DNA of 64,000 nucleotides. Origin: Eledone cirrhosa. Its lineage: Eukaryota. The notes under the pieces were generated by a model. That model did not search any database. It saw only the letters and a list, made by a program, of their open reading frames with translations, and was not told where the DNA came from. The DNA lies in NCBI GenBank assembly GCA_964016885.1, contig OZ024745.1, forward strand, positions 44,888,001-44,952,000, given 5' to 3'. A program made the translations under genes and the position numbers. Of the stretch, positions 12,086 through 23,149 are shown one piece after another (within the stretch, counting starts at the first letter, position 1; every line of letters begins with the position of its first letter).

Positions 12086-15000
12086 ATCATCATCATCATC
12101 ATCATCAGCGTTTAACGTCCGTGTTCCACGCTTGCATGGGTTTGGACGGGGGTAGTCCCACTTGAGGCAAGAGTGATTGTCTTGCTCGCATAGGACTGTC
12201 TGGCAGGTTTTCTACAGTTGGATGCCCTTCCTAACACCAACCACATTTACAGTGTGGGTCTGGGAGGTTTTTACCGTGTTGCCTACACGGCCACATTACA
12301 GCGTGGACTGTGTGTTTTTTTGTCGTGACACCTACACGATCTCATTTGTTTCGGCCTCGATGGCGCGGCACCAACATAACTTTACATAGAACGGGGTGGT
12401 GTGGATCGGGTGGGGGTGGTGGTGGTGGGACGGGGTGTATTTTGTTAGAGATGCCTACTGGCTGGAGTAGGTTTTACTATATATTTAGGTAAGGCGGGTC
12501 TTCTCTGTTACTGAGTACCGCCAAAGGTCTCGGTCCAGTGACATTGTCTTGGAGAGGTGTAAGTGTGTGATGTCGGAGTTTATCAGCTCGTCCCAGGTTT
12601 TTCTAGGTCTGCCTATTCCGTGACTACCGTCTATCTTTATTGCCCTGCACTTTGTTATACAGCTATCGACTTTCATGCGCATCACGTGTCCATACCAACG
12701 TAGCCTTCTCTCGAGTAAACAACATCTGATCCCTCTTATCTCTAATTTTTTCCTTAGTTCGTTTAAGCTTTGCCGTTCACGTATATTACTGTTACACATC
12801 CAGCGGAGCATGCAAGCTTCGTTCCTCTCTAGTCTGCGTATATCCTCTGCACACAATGCCCAGGTCTCACTGCCATGCAGCATTGCTGTTCGTATGCAGG
12901 CATCGTACAACCTGCCTTTCATTTTTAGTGAGAACCCTTTAGCAGCTAATAGTGGTATAAGCTCTCTGAACTTTTTCCAACCAGTTCTGACTCTAGCTAC
13001 AGTACTTTCAGAGCACCCTCCCCCACTGCTGATTTTATCGCCCAGGTAACGGAAGCTGTCCACTATTTCTATAGAACCCTCTGCGCAATTGAAAGAGCTA
13101 GTAGTTTGTGGGCACTTGCTGCTACTTATTGCACCAGAGCACCGGCCACATGTAAAATCTATGTTCTTAGTTAGCTTACCTGTGATCCCACTACATCTTT
13201 TATGCACCCATACTTTGCATTTAGGACATAAAATGGAGTTTCTACCTACGCCTTTCCTACACACCGAGCACGACCATTTCCCAGAAGGGACCGCCGCCTT
13301 GTTTTCTTTCCTACAAACTAGTACTTTGGTCTTAGCCAGGTTAGTTTTAAGTCCTTTTGACTCTAGGCCGTGCTTCCATGTTTGGAATTTCTTCTCTAGC
13401 TCGGCCATTGATTCCACTATGAGTGTCAGGTCGTCTGCGTATAGGAGTTCCCATGGGCAGCCTGTCTTGAACTCCTCTGTTATAGCCTGAAGGGCAATAA
13501 TAAATAGTAGTGGACTGAGAACAGAGCCCTGATGGACGCCAACTTTTACGCTAAACTCTTCACTATATTCGTTGTTAATTCTAACCTTGCTGACTGTTTC
13601 TTTATACATGGCTTGTATAGCCCTCACAAGCCATTCGTCAACGCCTAGTTTTCTAAGAGCCCACCAGATAATGGAGCGGGGGACTCTGTCGAAGGCTTTC
13701 TCCAAGTCGACAAAAGCTAAGTAGAGGGGTTTACCTTTAGCTAGGTACTTCTCCTGTAGTTGTCGTACTATGAAAAGAGCGTCTGTGGTACTTTTGCCTG
13801 ACACAAACCCGAACTGCATTTCATCTAGGTCAATTCTCTCTCTGATTAGTTGCGCTATTACTTTTTCCGTGACCTTCATGACCTGGTCGATTAATTTAAT
13901 GCCTCTATAGTTACTCCTATCTAGGGCGTCTCCTTTACCCTTATAACAGTTAACGATGATGCTGCTATGCCAGTCCTTCGGAACAACCCCATTCTGTACG
14001 ACTTGGTTAACTATGCGGGTGACCATGGTGTGTCCCACCGTGCCAGATGCCTTCAGCATCTCAGCAACTATTTCCGAAGGCCCAGCCGCCTTACCAGTCT
14101 TCATATCCTTGATTGCCTTACTTATTATACTCCCCTCGACTAACACTGCTGGTCCCTCTATTGGGTCGATATGGGGGAGACTGCCTTTCTCCCAATTATT
14201 CTCCTCATTTAGTAGCCTTTCATAGTGACACTTCCAAGCTACCTTCTTATCAGCGTCGGTGATGGCAAGTGTGCCATCGTCGTTTAGTACACACTTCTCC
14301 CCGACAATATCACGGTTTTCCTTGACGCATTGCCTAGCAATCCTGAACACCTCACGTTTTTGGTCATCGCGTTGTAGAACATGCTTGAACTTTCTTTCCT
14401 CAGCTTCCCTTCTTGCTAAGTACACTTGTCTCCTAGCTTCCCTCCTGGCCACTTGATAGTCCTCTCTACTTCCCCCATCCCGCCATACTTTCCAAGCCTG
14501 CTTTTTGGCCTTAATTGACCCCTCCACCTTACTGTTCCACCACCATGTTACTCTCCTCCTGCCTACAGGCCTGCTCCAGCCACAGACTTCGTCTGTCGCC
14601 AACAGCAGGTTTGCTTTCAGAAATTCCCACTCTCCCTCTATATTGTCCGACTCTAAATGTTCTTCCTTACTGTCGAAAGCATCAAGCAATATGCTTTGAA
14701 ATTTATTCCTGGCTGTGGGGTCCTTTAGCTTCCATATTTTCCTCCTGAGGATAGTCCTCTTCTGTTGTCGAGTACGTCTCGTCCTGACTATGAGGTCGCT
14801 AATTATCAGTCTATGTTGGGAGGTGCATTCTTCATGGGGGAGGGATTTAGTGTTTACAACAGACACTCTGTCACGTCTTCTGGTAAGGATATAATCTACC
14901 TGGCTTGTGTGTTCCCCGGATCTATAGGTGATCAGGTGATTGTCACGTTTTTTGAAGTTAGTGTTACAGATAGTTAGGTTATTTGCATCACAGAATTCCA

Positions 15001-15260
15001 GGATTCTGGAGCCTTCCTCATTTCTAGTACCAAACCCATAGCCTCCATGGATTTCGTCGTAGCCGTCACAATGTTGTCCAACGTGACCATTTAGGTCGCC
15101 TGCGATAATTATATAGTCACTGTCGGATATTTGGGAGGTAGTTAGCATCAGTGTCTCATAGAATCTGTCTTTTATAGTGTCGGGCAGTCCGGATTGGGGT
15201 GCGTACGCAGATATTACTGTCACCGTAGTTCTATTGAGGACAAGTCGTATTTTAATTTTA
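12086..15260 (-). mobile_element. RTE-clade non-LTR retrotransposon (LINE), 5'-truncated within the endonuclease, young
   Basis: Single long ORF, ~400-nt 3' UTR, (ATG)n tail at 12086-12107, both ends embedded in (TG)/(TA) microsatellites. GC content is clearly higher than the flanks. Confidence 0.95.
12485..15223 (-). CDS. RTE ORF: partial AP-endonuclease + reverse transcriptase with internal PHD-type zinc finger (lacks N-terminus; frame stays homologous to ~15256, no true ATG)
   Basis: APE motifs SAYAPQ, GDLNGHVG, QVDYIL, SQHRL. RT motifs YRGIKL, QFGF, FVDLEKAFDRV, GVHQGSVLSPLLF, YADD (13430-13441), FRYLG. RTE-type C-terminus RRLRWYGHV..GRPRKTW. No stops over 912 codons. Confidence 0.95.
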   Translation of the reverse strand: MTVISAYAPQSGLPDTIKDRFYETLMLTTSQISDSDYIIIAGDLNGHVGQHCDGYDEIHGGYGFGTRNEEGSRILEFCDANNLTICNTNFKKRDNHLITYRSGEHTSQVDYILTRRRDRVSVVNTKSLPHEECTSQHRLIISDLIVRTRRTRQQKRTILRRKIWKLKDPTARNKFQSILLDAFDSKEEHLESDNIEGEWEFLKANLLLATDEVCGWSRPVGRRRVTWWWNSKVEGSIKAKKQAWKVWRDGGSREDYQVARREARRQVYLARREAEERKFKHVLQRDDQKREVFRIARQCVKENRDIVGEKCVLNDDGTLAITDADKKVAWKCHYERLLNEENNWEKGSLPHIDPIEGPAVLVEGSIISKAIKDMKTGKAAGPSEIVAEMLKASGTVGHTMVTRIVNQVVQNGVVPKDWHSSIIVNCYKGKGDALDRSNYRGIKLIDQVMKVTEKVIAQLIRERIDLDEMQFGFVSGKSTTDALFIVRQLQEKYLAKGKPLYLAFVDLEKAFDRVPRSIIWWALRKLGVDEWLVRAIQAMYKETVSKVRINNEYSEEFSVKVGVHQGSVLSPLLFIIALQAITEEFKTGCPWELLYADDLTLIVESMAELEKKFQTWKHGLESKGLKTNLAKTKVLVCRKENKAAVPSGKWSCSVCRKGVGRNSILCPKCKVWVHKRCSGITGKLTKNIDFTCGRCSGAISSSKCPQTTSSFNCAEGSIEIVDSFRYLGDKISSGGGCSESTVARVRTGWKKFRELIPLLAAKGFSLKMKGRLYDACIRTAMLHGSETWALCAEDIRRLERNEACMLRWMCNSNIRERQSLNELRKKLEIRGIRCCLLERRLRWYGHVMRMKVDSCITKCRAIKIDGSHGIGRPRKTWDELINSDITHLHLSKTMSLDRDLWRYSVTEKTRLT

Positions 15261-15331
15261 TATATGTGTATATATATTTACATATATATATATTCATATA
15301 TATATATTCATATATGTGCATATATATATGT

Positions 15332-15384
<53 letters not shown>

Positions 15385-15526
15385 CATATATGCAGAAGTT
15401 ATATTTAATTTGTTGGAATTCAACAAGCTTAAACATTTTTATAACTGATATAAAGCACTCAACAGATTAGTGGAGTAAATATTAAATATATTAATAAATG
15501 GAAAATATATTTATAAAACCATAATT

Positions 15527-15590
15527 ATTTTATTATATATATTTCAAGGGCAACCAAGGCAAATTTTGGTGCGCTTTCATCAGATAAAAT
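15527..15590 (-). ncRNA. Minimal type I hammerhead ribozyme motif (Penelope-like type)
   Basis: Minus strand reads AUUUUAU-CUGAUGA-[AAGCGCACCAA AAUUUGCC UUGGUUGCCCUU]-GAAA-UAUAUA-UA-AUAAAAU: 7-bp stem I, intact core, ~10-bp stem II, palindromic mini stem III. Confidence 0.72.
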
Positions 15591-15643
15591 ACAAATTTGT
15601 TTTATAAATATTAAGGTTGTCTTTATGCGGGTATGTCAATATT

Positions 15644-15686
<43 letters not shown>

Positions 15687-17229
15687 ATATATATATATAT
15701 GTGTGTGTATATATATATATATGTGTGTATGTATATATGTGTATATATATTTACATATATATATATACATATATATACATATCATCATCATTTAATGTCT
15801 ATTTTCCACGCTAGCATGGGTTAGATGGGTTTGTCCCATTTTAGAGGCAAGTTGGGTCAGGTGATCGTGTCTCGCTCATATGGTACTGTTTCTGGCTGGT
15901 TTTCTATGGCTGGATACCCTTCCTAACGCTAAAAAGAACAGTTAATGCAACCAACTACCACTACCCAGTCAAGTGAGAAAAGAAATAATTAGGAAAACAC
16001 AATACTGAGGAGTTTCTAGCTTGTTTCTTTTATTTATTATTATTTTATTTTTTTACATTTATATCTCACCTTTAATGTGTGTTGGTGAGCTGTGTCTTTT
16101 TGTGTGTGTTCATTGAAGCTTCTTATTGATAGTGTTTCACTGGTTAAGCATTTGAATTTTGTCCTACACCTTAGGCTCTTTGGATTTTGTCACTGTGGTA
16201 TATACTGTTTTCTGTACTACAGATTTACTATCAAAGGCTTTCTTATTTAGGTTAGAAAGGTTGATTGATGTAGCAATTTTTCAGTATTGCTGCCAAGTTG
16301 TTTCTGTACCATTTTCTTGGCTGCTTAAATAAATTGTTATTGGAAGTCAGAAAGAACCCTTATAATATAACAAAAACACATGGAAAAATAAAACACAAAT
16401 TAAAAGCAAAAAAATCCCCTAGATAAACTATTTAATGCACATTTCTTATATATGAAGCAAGTAGAATAGCAGGCTGAGGGTAGTAGGATGCTATTTATTG
16501 TTGCTGGAGTATTTTCATACTTGATATGTAACTGAATATGAATTATTATGGAAAGCAATTGCACTAAGTTGATAGGGAACACTCAGGATACTTTCGGTGA
16601 ATAAAATACCTCTTATTTTGTAGATAGCTATTTTCTTTCGTCCCCTAACCCAGATATTAATGTCTATGTGTGTATATGTATGCAGGTACATGTGTATATG
16701 CATAACGCAATGTACAATAAGCAACAAAAGCATCTGTCATTTAATTCTTCAGTTTCTGTCTGCTGATTTATGTAAATGTGGGGGTATTTTTTTTCCTGAT
16801 ATAAAATATGAAATGTTGGCAGTAAAAACAACCTTTGTTGTGGTACAGTACACTCAACCTTTCTGTTTCTTTCTTCCCCAGTTTCTCTCACAAATATGCA
16901 CTCACATTTACACTATATTTCCTCTCTCTCTTCCTCTCTTTCTCTACCCCTCTCTTTCACTTGTAATTCTTCTATACTAAGTCTTACTGTTTCATTTCCC
17001 TCTCATTAATCATTTGTATATTTTTGTTTTGAAAGTAAACAAAGAGTGTGTCTATCCTGGTACCACGTTTACTGTTGGTACACAGTAGTAGTTGAATCAT
17101 TACCAAGGCAAATATATTTTGTTGTTTTTACCAGTAAATCTTCAGTTCTTGATGAATCTTGTCTGTGTGGTTCAGTTCAATTAAACCATGTTTTACTTGT
17201 TCACCAAAGCTCTTAGTCCCCTTCCTTGG

Positions 17230-17820
17230 CTAGTAGACTTACTCTGTCACCCAGTTAACTCTTTAGCATTTAAACCGGCCGTATTTGGTCAAAATTCTCT
17301 CACCTCCTTCTGTTCAAACAAGCCATAACTGGCTGTAACTGGCCACTCATAGATTCGATATTATGTAAGTTAAAGCCTTTACTGTGAAAATACAATAGTA
17401 AATATAGAGTAATATAAATGTTAAAGGGTTAAACATCCCCATCTAGTTCTTTGGTAATAGACTTAACCCTTTAGCATTCACATTACTCTATATATACTAT
17501 TATATTTTCATGGTAAATGCATTACCTCACATAATTATCACACATAATATAGAATCTATGAGATTTTGAAAGTATTTATTTTGAGAACAATACCTTAACA
17601 TCAGTTTGAGTTACCAGTTACAGCCAGTTTCAACAGAAAGAGGTAGAGAATTCTGGACGGTTTTGGCCGGTTTGAACACTAAAGGGTTAATCTGTCACCC
17701 AGTTTAACATCACTGCTTGGTTCTTGGGTGGTAGACTTAATCTGTCACCCAGTTAAAACATCACCATCTGGTTCTTGTGTGGTAGACTTAATCTGTTGCA
17801 CAGTTTAATATTACCACCTG
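17230..17820. repeat. 51-bp tandem repeat (GTAGACTTAATCTGTCACCCAGTT..), ~4 units, interrupted by the MITEs
   Basis: Units at 17731 and 17782 are 51 nt apart. A related single unit lies at ~1373. Confidence 0.75.
17255..17689. mobile_element. Two oppositely oriented TTAA-flanked piggyBac-type MITEs (family P1; ~17255-17432 and 17463-17689)
   Basis: TTAA-CYCTTTAG...TAAAGGG-TTAA ends. Full copy at 42250-42475 and partial copy at ~49200-49637. Confidence 0.85.
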
Positions 17821-18237
17821 GTTTGAAGATTTTTTTTATTGACTGTGTAGGTTTGATATGAGGTGTGATGGTTGCATGTGTCTAAGGCCTGGTTGAAGAG
17901 GAATAAAAAATCTTATCTGCATAGGCATGTGTGTTGTTAGATGTGATAACAAGTAGATCTTTAGTATAAAGTAGGAATGTGTGAAACAACTGATCTTTGG
18001 GGAACACATGGTTAAGGGAGGAGTGGATGAAGCCCAATAGCCAGGATATTATCATACAAGACAAGGTCTTGTTAACCATTTATTTCACCAAATTTTTTAA
18101 GGGTCAAGAGCACTGGTTTGTGACATAGAAAAGCAGGTCTCACCAAAATTTGGTTCTTTGGAAACTATATGGTTAATCACAGAAAGGGAAAAGGAAATAA
18201 TAGAGTTGTTGGGAGTGGGTGTTAACAACCAATTTCA

Positions 18238-18420
18238 ATTGGCAGTATCGGTAGAGGGTTGGACGCCATGCTTTCTAGCATAGTTACGTCCCTTTACGGT
18301 TTGAGTTCAAATCCCGTCAAGGTTAACTTTGCCTTTCATCCTTACGGGGTCGATAAAATAAAGTACCAGTAATGTACTGGGTAATTGCTGGCCTTGTGCC
18401 AAAAGTAGAAACAATTATTT
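18238..18420 (+). mobile_element. SINE-A, full length, young
   Basis: Near-identical to 27560-27747, 28219-28402 and 46950-47140. Confidence 0.9.
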
Positions 18421-19302
18421 TGAGATATTGGAAATCAGAATGTTAGGGATAGGATACACTGTAGCATGTTTCCCAATATCTGGATAGATTCCTGTATAGA
18501 AACAATTACTGAAGAATTTGGCAAGGATAGGGTCTATCTTTCTTGTGTACTGTTTGAATGTCATGGAAAGGACACTATCAGAGCTGGTGGTTTTGTGGGT
18601 TTAAGGTCACTGGTGGTGTTTGTGCTTGGAGTATTTGTGTACATCAAAGTGAGACTGATCGAAGATAAATGAAAAGTGTAGGTAGAATTTTGCTAAGTAA
18701 CAAACATGGAAATTTTCTCTGCAAATGAATTGCTTACAGAGCCATGTTGATTGAATATTAGCGGAAACAATGATTCCGCTGAATTGGTAAAAATCCTTTT
18801 GGCAGAAGATCAGAAGTACTGGTTACAATTTGAGAGGTATGAGAATTTGCAGGCTGTTCAAGGCAAATGATATCATTATGGTTGGCAATCTTGCATAGTA
18901 GTAGGTAAAATCTGCCGAGTTAGTAGAGAGGAGGAGGAGAACAATGATCTTTTATAGGTAAGCCGCTTTCTTAACTGAAGGTGTTTGTGGTGGTGAACTT
19001 GGATTGTATGAGTGTGAGGGATGTAAAAGGCCACCTACCTAAGAGGACAGTTTCAGCCATCTGCTTAGCTGACTTTTATGGGTTAGAAGAGAAGTAGATT
19101 TGCTGCCAGTAAAAGTTAGTGCCAAAGAGCCCTAGGGTTCATAAGATGGGGGAGGGAGAGATGTCTAGTAATTGGATGGGTGGTAGCAGGAAGGTGCAGA
19201 AAGGGGTGTGTGACAGATCTGGTCATCCATATGAGAGCATCCAACCAAAGAGTCACATAGAATCCTCAATTCAATATGGCTACTGAGCACAGCACCAACT
19301 TG

Positions 19303-19764
19303 CCGTATGTACTCAAATAGAAGCAGATCCGAATATAAATTGACCCCTAATTTTATGTCTGAGAAATAGGCAAAAATTCAAATCCTGTTTATAGGCCAAA
19401 GCAGGTAATCAACACATTATGTTTAGATGGTGTGGTTTTGAAATTCCCTTGAAGTTTTAATATTTTTATATTTAAAATGTTTTAAGTGTCATTTAGAGTA
19501 TAGTTTTTGTTTCACAACATTTGTAATGATCTTTTTTTACAAATTTCTGACTGTTTTGAAGGCTATATTCATTCAAAACATCAAATGCAATAGGAAATAT
19601 GAACTTCATGTTGAAAGTGAAACCAATGTAATATTTACCTCATTTACATAGAATTTTGAAGTTGGTGAAAATCAGCAAAATATTGATCTCGATTTTAAGT
19701 TGACCTATTTTACCATCTTTTTTTTTTGTCACATATTTCTCAGCTTTTATACAAGTATATATGG
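19303..19764. mobile_element. Non-autonomous Tc1/mariner-superfamily element (Tc2-like CCGTA termini), degenerate
   Basis: Left end CCGTATGTACTCAAATAGAAGCAGA and right end TCAGCTTTTATACAAGTATATATGG-TA form imperfect TIRs. Confidence 0.55.
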
Positions 19765-20818
19765 TAGATTTCTCAAGCACCCAACCCAAATCTGAAACCA
19801 GTTTTCCATCCAGATCAAAAAGCTGAAAAATTTATTAATTTGAAATTCAATGCTTATGCTCAGACAAATTAAGGCAATGACCTGTATCCTTGTCCATGTC
19901 CTTTTAATTAGGGCTGAGGAAGACATCGTGGATATTTGGAGTGTGTGTGCCCCATATATATCATACTCCTACCTAGTTGACCATATTGTATAGTCCAACA
20001 TACTGCTGGTAGTAGCATGAGTTGCAGTGATACTCTAGATTTATCAGTCATGTAGCCTTGGACTTAACTCAACTTTGCTTGCACTCCAGTCATATTCTGG
20101 TACTTGAAAACACATGTCTATCAACTGAAATAAAAATTATGTAAATTCCAGGCTAAATTCAATAGTTTTAAATAAAATAAACAGAAATTGTAGTTGATAG
20201 GCAGAAAAATTATTATGTATGATGAATATTAATAATAGAATATAATTTTTTTTACAAATTCTGTTTTTTTCTATGCTTTATAAACATTTTGTGGAAATCG
20301 TGTTTTCTATTATTTTGACAAAGAGATGTGAGATCACGGGGTATTATGGCACTATATCACATTCACATGTATTCCTTCTATGCACACAATATTGAATATC
20401 TTTATGAATAAACTCAACTATCTGAAATGTAGAAAAAAAATTTCCCCCCCAGAGAAATTAAAAAATACGATAGTTATATAGACCAATAGTTTCTTGTCTG
20501 TGTTTAGTTATAGGTCAGCTTTGATTGAACAGATCTATGTTATGTATGAAGTTAGTTGAACAACCTATATAATTCATAGGCATCCACTGTGGGAGAGTTT
20601 GAAGCAAGTGGGTGGAGTGACATATTGTGGAATGTATCTGGTTTCCATGTTGGCCTTGACTGAATGGGAGAATGGTTGAGTTGGAGATGTGGGTGTAAGG
20701 ATTGACGTGGTTAATGTTCTTCATGAATAGCTGCAGGGAGGGAATTCAAGAGGGCTGATGCCTTGGGGAGGGAATACTGGGTGTAAAGGTAAGAGTAGAA
20801 TGACATAATATGTGCTAA

Positions 20819-20984
20819 GAATGATAATAATTATAGAAAATGATGTAGAATATCCTAAAGGACAGAAAAGAAGTGGCCAGCACCCACTACAGATAAGTGA
20901 ACTCTGCATCTATGTAGTGGCTGCTGGTCACTTATTTTCTGTCCTTTAGGATATTCTACCTGATTTTCTATAATTATTATCATT
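20819..20984. repeat. Long imperfect palindrome (foldback), ~75-bp arms
   Basis: AATGATAATAATTATAGAAAAT..GTAGAATATCCTAAAGGACAGAAAA..CCACTACA is mirrored by TGTAGTGG..TTTTCTGTCCTTTAGGATATTCTAC..ATTTTCTATAATTATTATCATT. Confidence 0.92.
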
Positions 20985-21094
20985 GTAGTTATTCTGTGTT
21001 TGGATCTCAACATTTTATATTTCAAATCATCTAAGCACTTCAATAAATCCTAACATTTATTTACTTCTATATTTACTTATAATTTACTTATAAG

Positions 21095-21282
21095 GGCAGT
21101 GGTTTGGCAGTATCGGTAGAGCGTCAGACACCATGTTTTGCAGCATAGTTATGGCCCTTTGCGTTCTGAGTTCAAATCCGCTGAGGTTAACTTTGCCTTT
21201 CATCCTTATGAGGTCGATAAAATAAAGTACCAGTGGTGCACTGGGGTAATCGCTGACCTTGTGCCAAAAGTAGAAACTTATA
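21095..21282 (+). mobile_element. SINE-A
   Basis: Matches the SINE-A consensus. Confidence 0.88.
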
Positions 21283-21599
21283 ATTTAAATAAAAGCAAGA
21301 AAATATACAAGTCAACACAGGAGCCTCAACTGTCTCATGATGTTGTGGTCGAGGTCATAACTATATGAGACAATAGAAATAAAACCAGTATTAAACTATT
21401 AAACTACAATTTATATAGAGGAAGAGGACTTTCTGTTGGGAAATTTCACAGTATATTTCATTGTCTTATTATAAGATTGTAGATGCATAACAGAAAGGAC
21501 AATCAAAACCTCAGTTTGTTGTTGTGTGTGTGCACATGTGTACAATATTCAGATTATGTAAAAATAAATGTATCCAGACAACTCTTAATAGTGATATCA

Positions 21600-21990
21600 G
21601 CATTCACACTTTACAAAGTACCCAGTCCACTCTATAAGGTGGTAGAGTTGCTGTCAGGACAAAAAGCACCTAGTCAATCCTGTATGTTGATAGTGCTGCT
21701 GCTACAATGAAAAGTACCCAGTTCACCCTTTAAGGTGGTAGGGTTGATGGTATAATGAAAAGCACCCAGTCCAGCCTGTAATTTAGTAGTGCTGGTGCTA
21801 CAATAAAAAGTATCCAGTTCACTCTGCATAGTGTTAATGCTGGAGTCACGATAAATTATCTCAGTGCATCCAAAAGGGAAACCAAGCCCAAAACAGTGTA
21901 TATAAGTAAGACATGATCTCCTGACCAGTCTGGTCTTAGTACATGACAGTCCATCTAACCCATGCAAGCATGGACAATTGATGATGATAG
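21600..21990 (+). mobile_element. RTE 3'-UTR relic with an expanded ~48-nt module array and GAT tail
   Basis: 5-6 AAAAGYACCCAGT modules followed by AACCCATGCAAGCATGGAC..GATGATGAT. Confidence 0.75.
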
Positions 21991-23149
21991 TGTGGCATTC
22001 TATTATTTTTGTTGCTATTTCTGCTGTTGGTGATAATGTTATTTTTTGTTTGAAAACTCTTGAATTTTAAGTAAGAGGAGATGGAAATAATGTTACCATT
22101 ATTATTGGTTCCAATGTTCTTTCTCAAGAAAGCTGCAACATACTCACTTTTCCTTAAATAGGAAATTGATATAATCTAACTTTTGACCTTCATTCATGAA
22201 CAACTCATCATAATATGACCAAAACATTAACACTGCATAACAACCATGTTTGTTTTTAGCAAGTGTATATATGTTTCAATCAATTATACACTGTCTAATA
22301 GATCTGTATCATAAGCAGGGGATTTTCAGAATTGTTAAAGTGTTAGTCAAGATGCTTATGGTATTTAGTAACAGCTCTTTACATTCTGAGATCAAATTTA
22401 GCTGAGAATAATTTGCCTTTTATTTTTCCTGAATGATAAAATATGTATCATACTAGTCAAGTAATAGGGTTGATATAATCAACTGACTGCTAGCTAATGT
22501 GGTAGCCCATCTAGTTGGTTAGTAATAACTAATTGAAACTGAGGGTTTCTACATTTATAAGGATGTGTAACATTAGTGACTCTTAGTATAATGTTGTTAG
22601 AAAATAATATCAGTAATCAAGTGACAGCCTATTGAACTAATAAATCATTTACTGGTAGGACATTCAAGGAAGACTTACTAAAGCTTGTGGAATCTTTCTA
22701 AGAATTCTGTTCATCTGGAAGTCGAGGCAATATAAGCCTAAGACTTAAAATTGGACCTTATAACAGCTATATCAAATGTGAAGGCATGTGGTTTAGTAAT
22801 TAACGTGTTAAACTCATAATCATAAGGTCGTGGGTTCAATTCCTGGACCAGGCAGTGGGTTGTGTTCATAAGCAAGACACTCTATTTTATGTTACACTCA
22901 TTAAAACGCTCTAAAAACCTATGAGATGTGATGTTGCAGGCCAGCTAAATCTGCATAAGTGTGAGCTATTATAATTTAATGGTAAATCAATCCTCACATA
23001 TGGCTCAAGATGCTGGAAAGTGGTAAAAGGAGATGTGAATAAGATCACTATATCCCCACAATGGGTGCCTTTGGAAAAATCTGCTGAATCTCCTAGTCCA
23101 ACAAAAGTGTCAAATGAGGAACTACTGCAAGACTAGTCTCAAAATGGTG

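Noticed and set aside
12675-14977. Plus-strand ORFs overlapping the LINE
   Set aside because: Antisense shadows of the RTE ORF, with no independent motifs.
17830-19300. Possible very old LINE body on the minus strand
   Set aside because: Only a faint LNPTK-like trace; too decayed to assign by eye.
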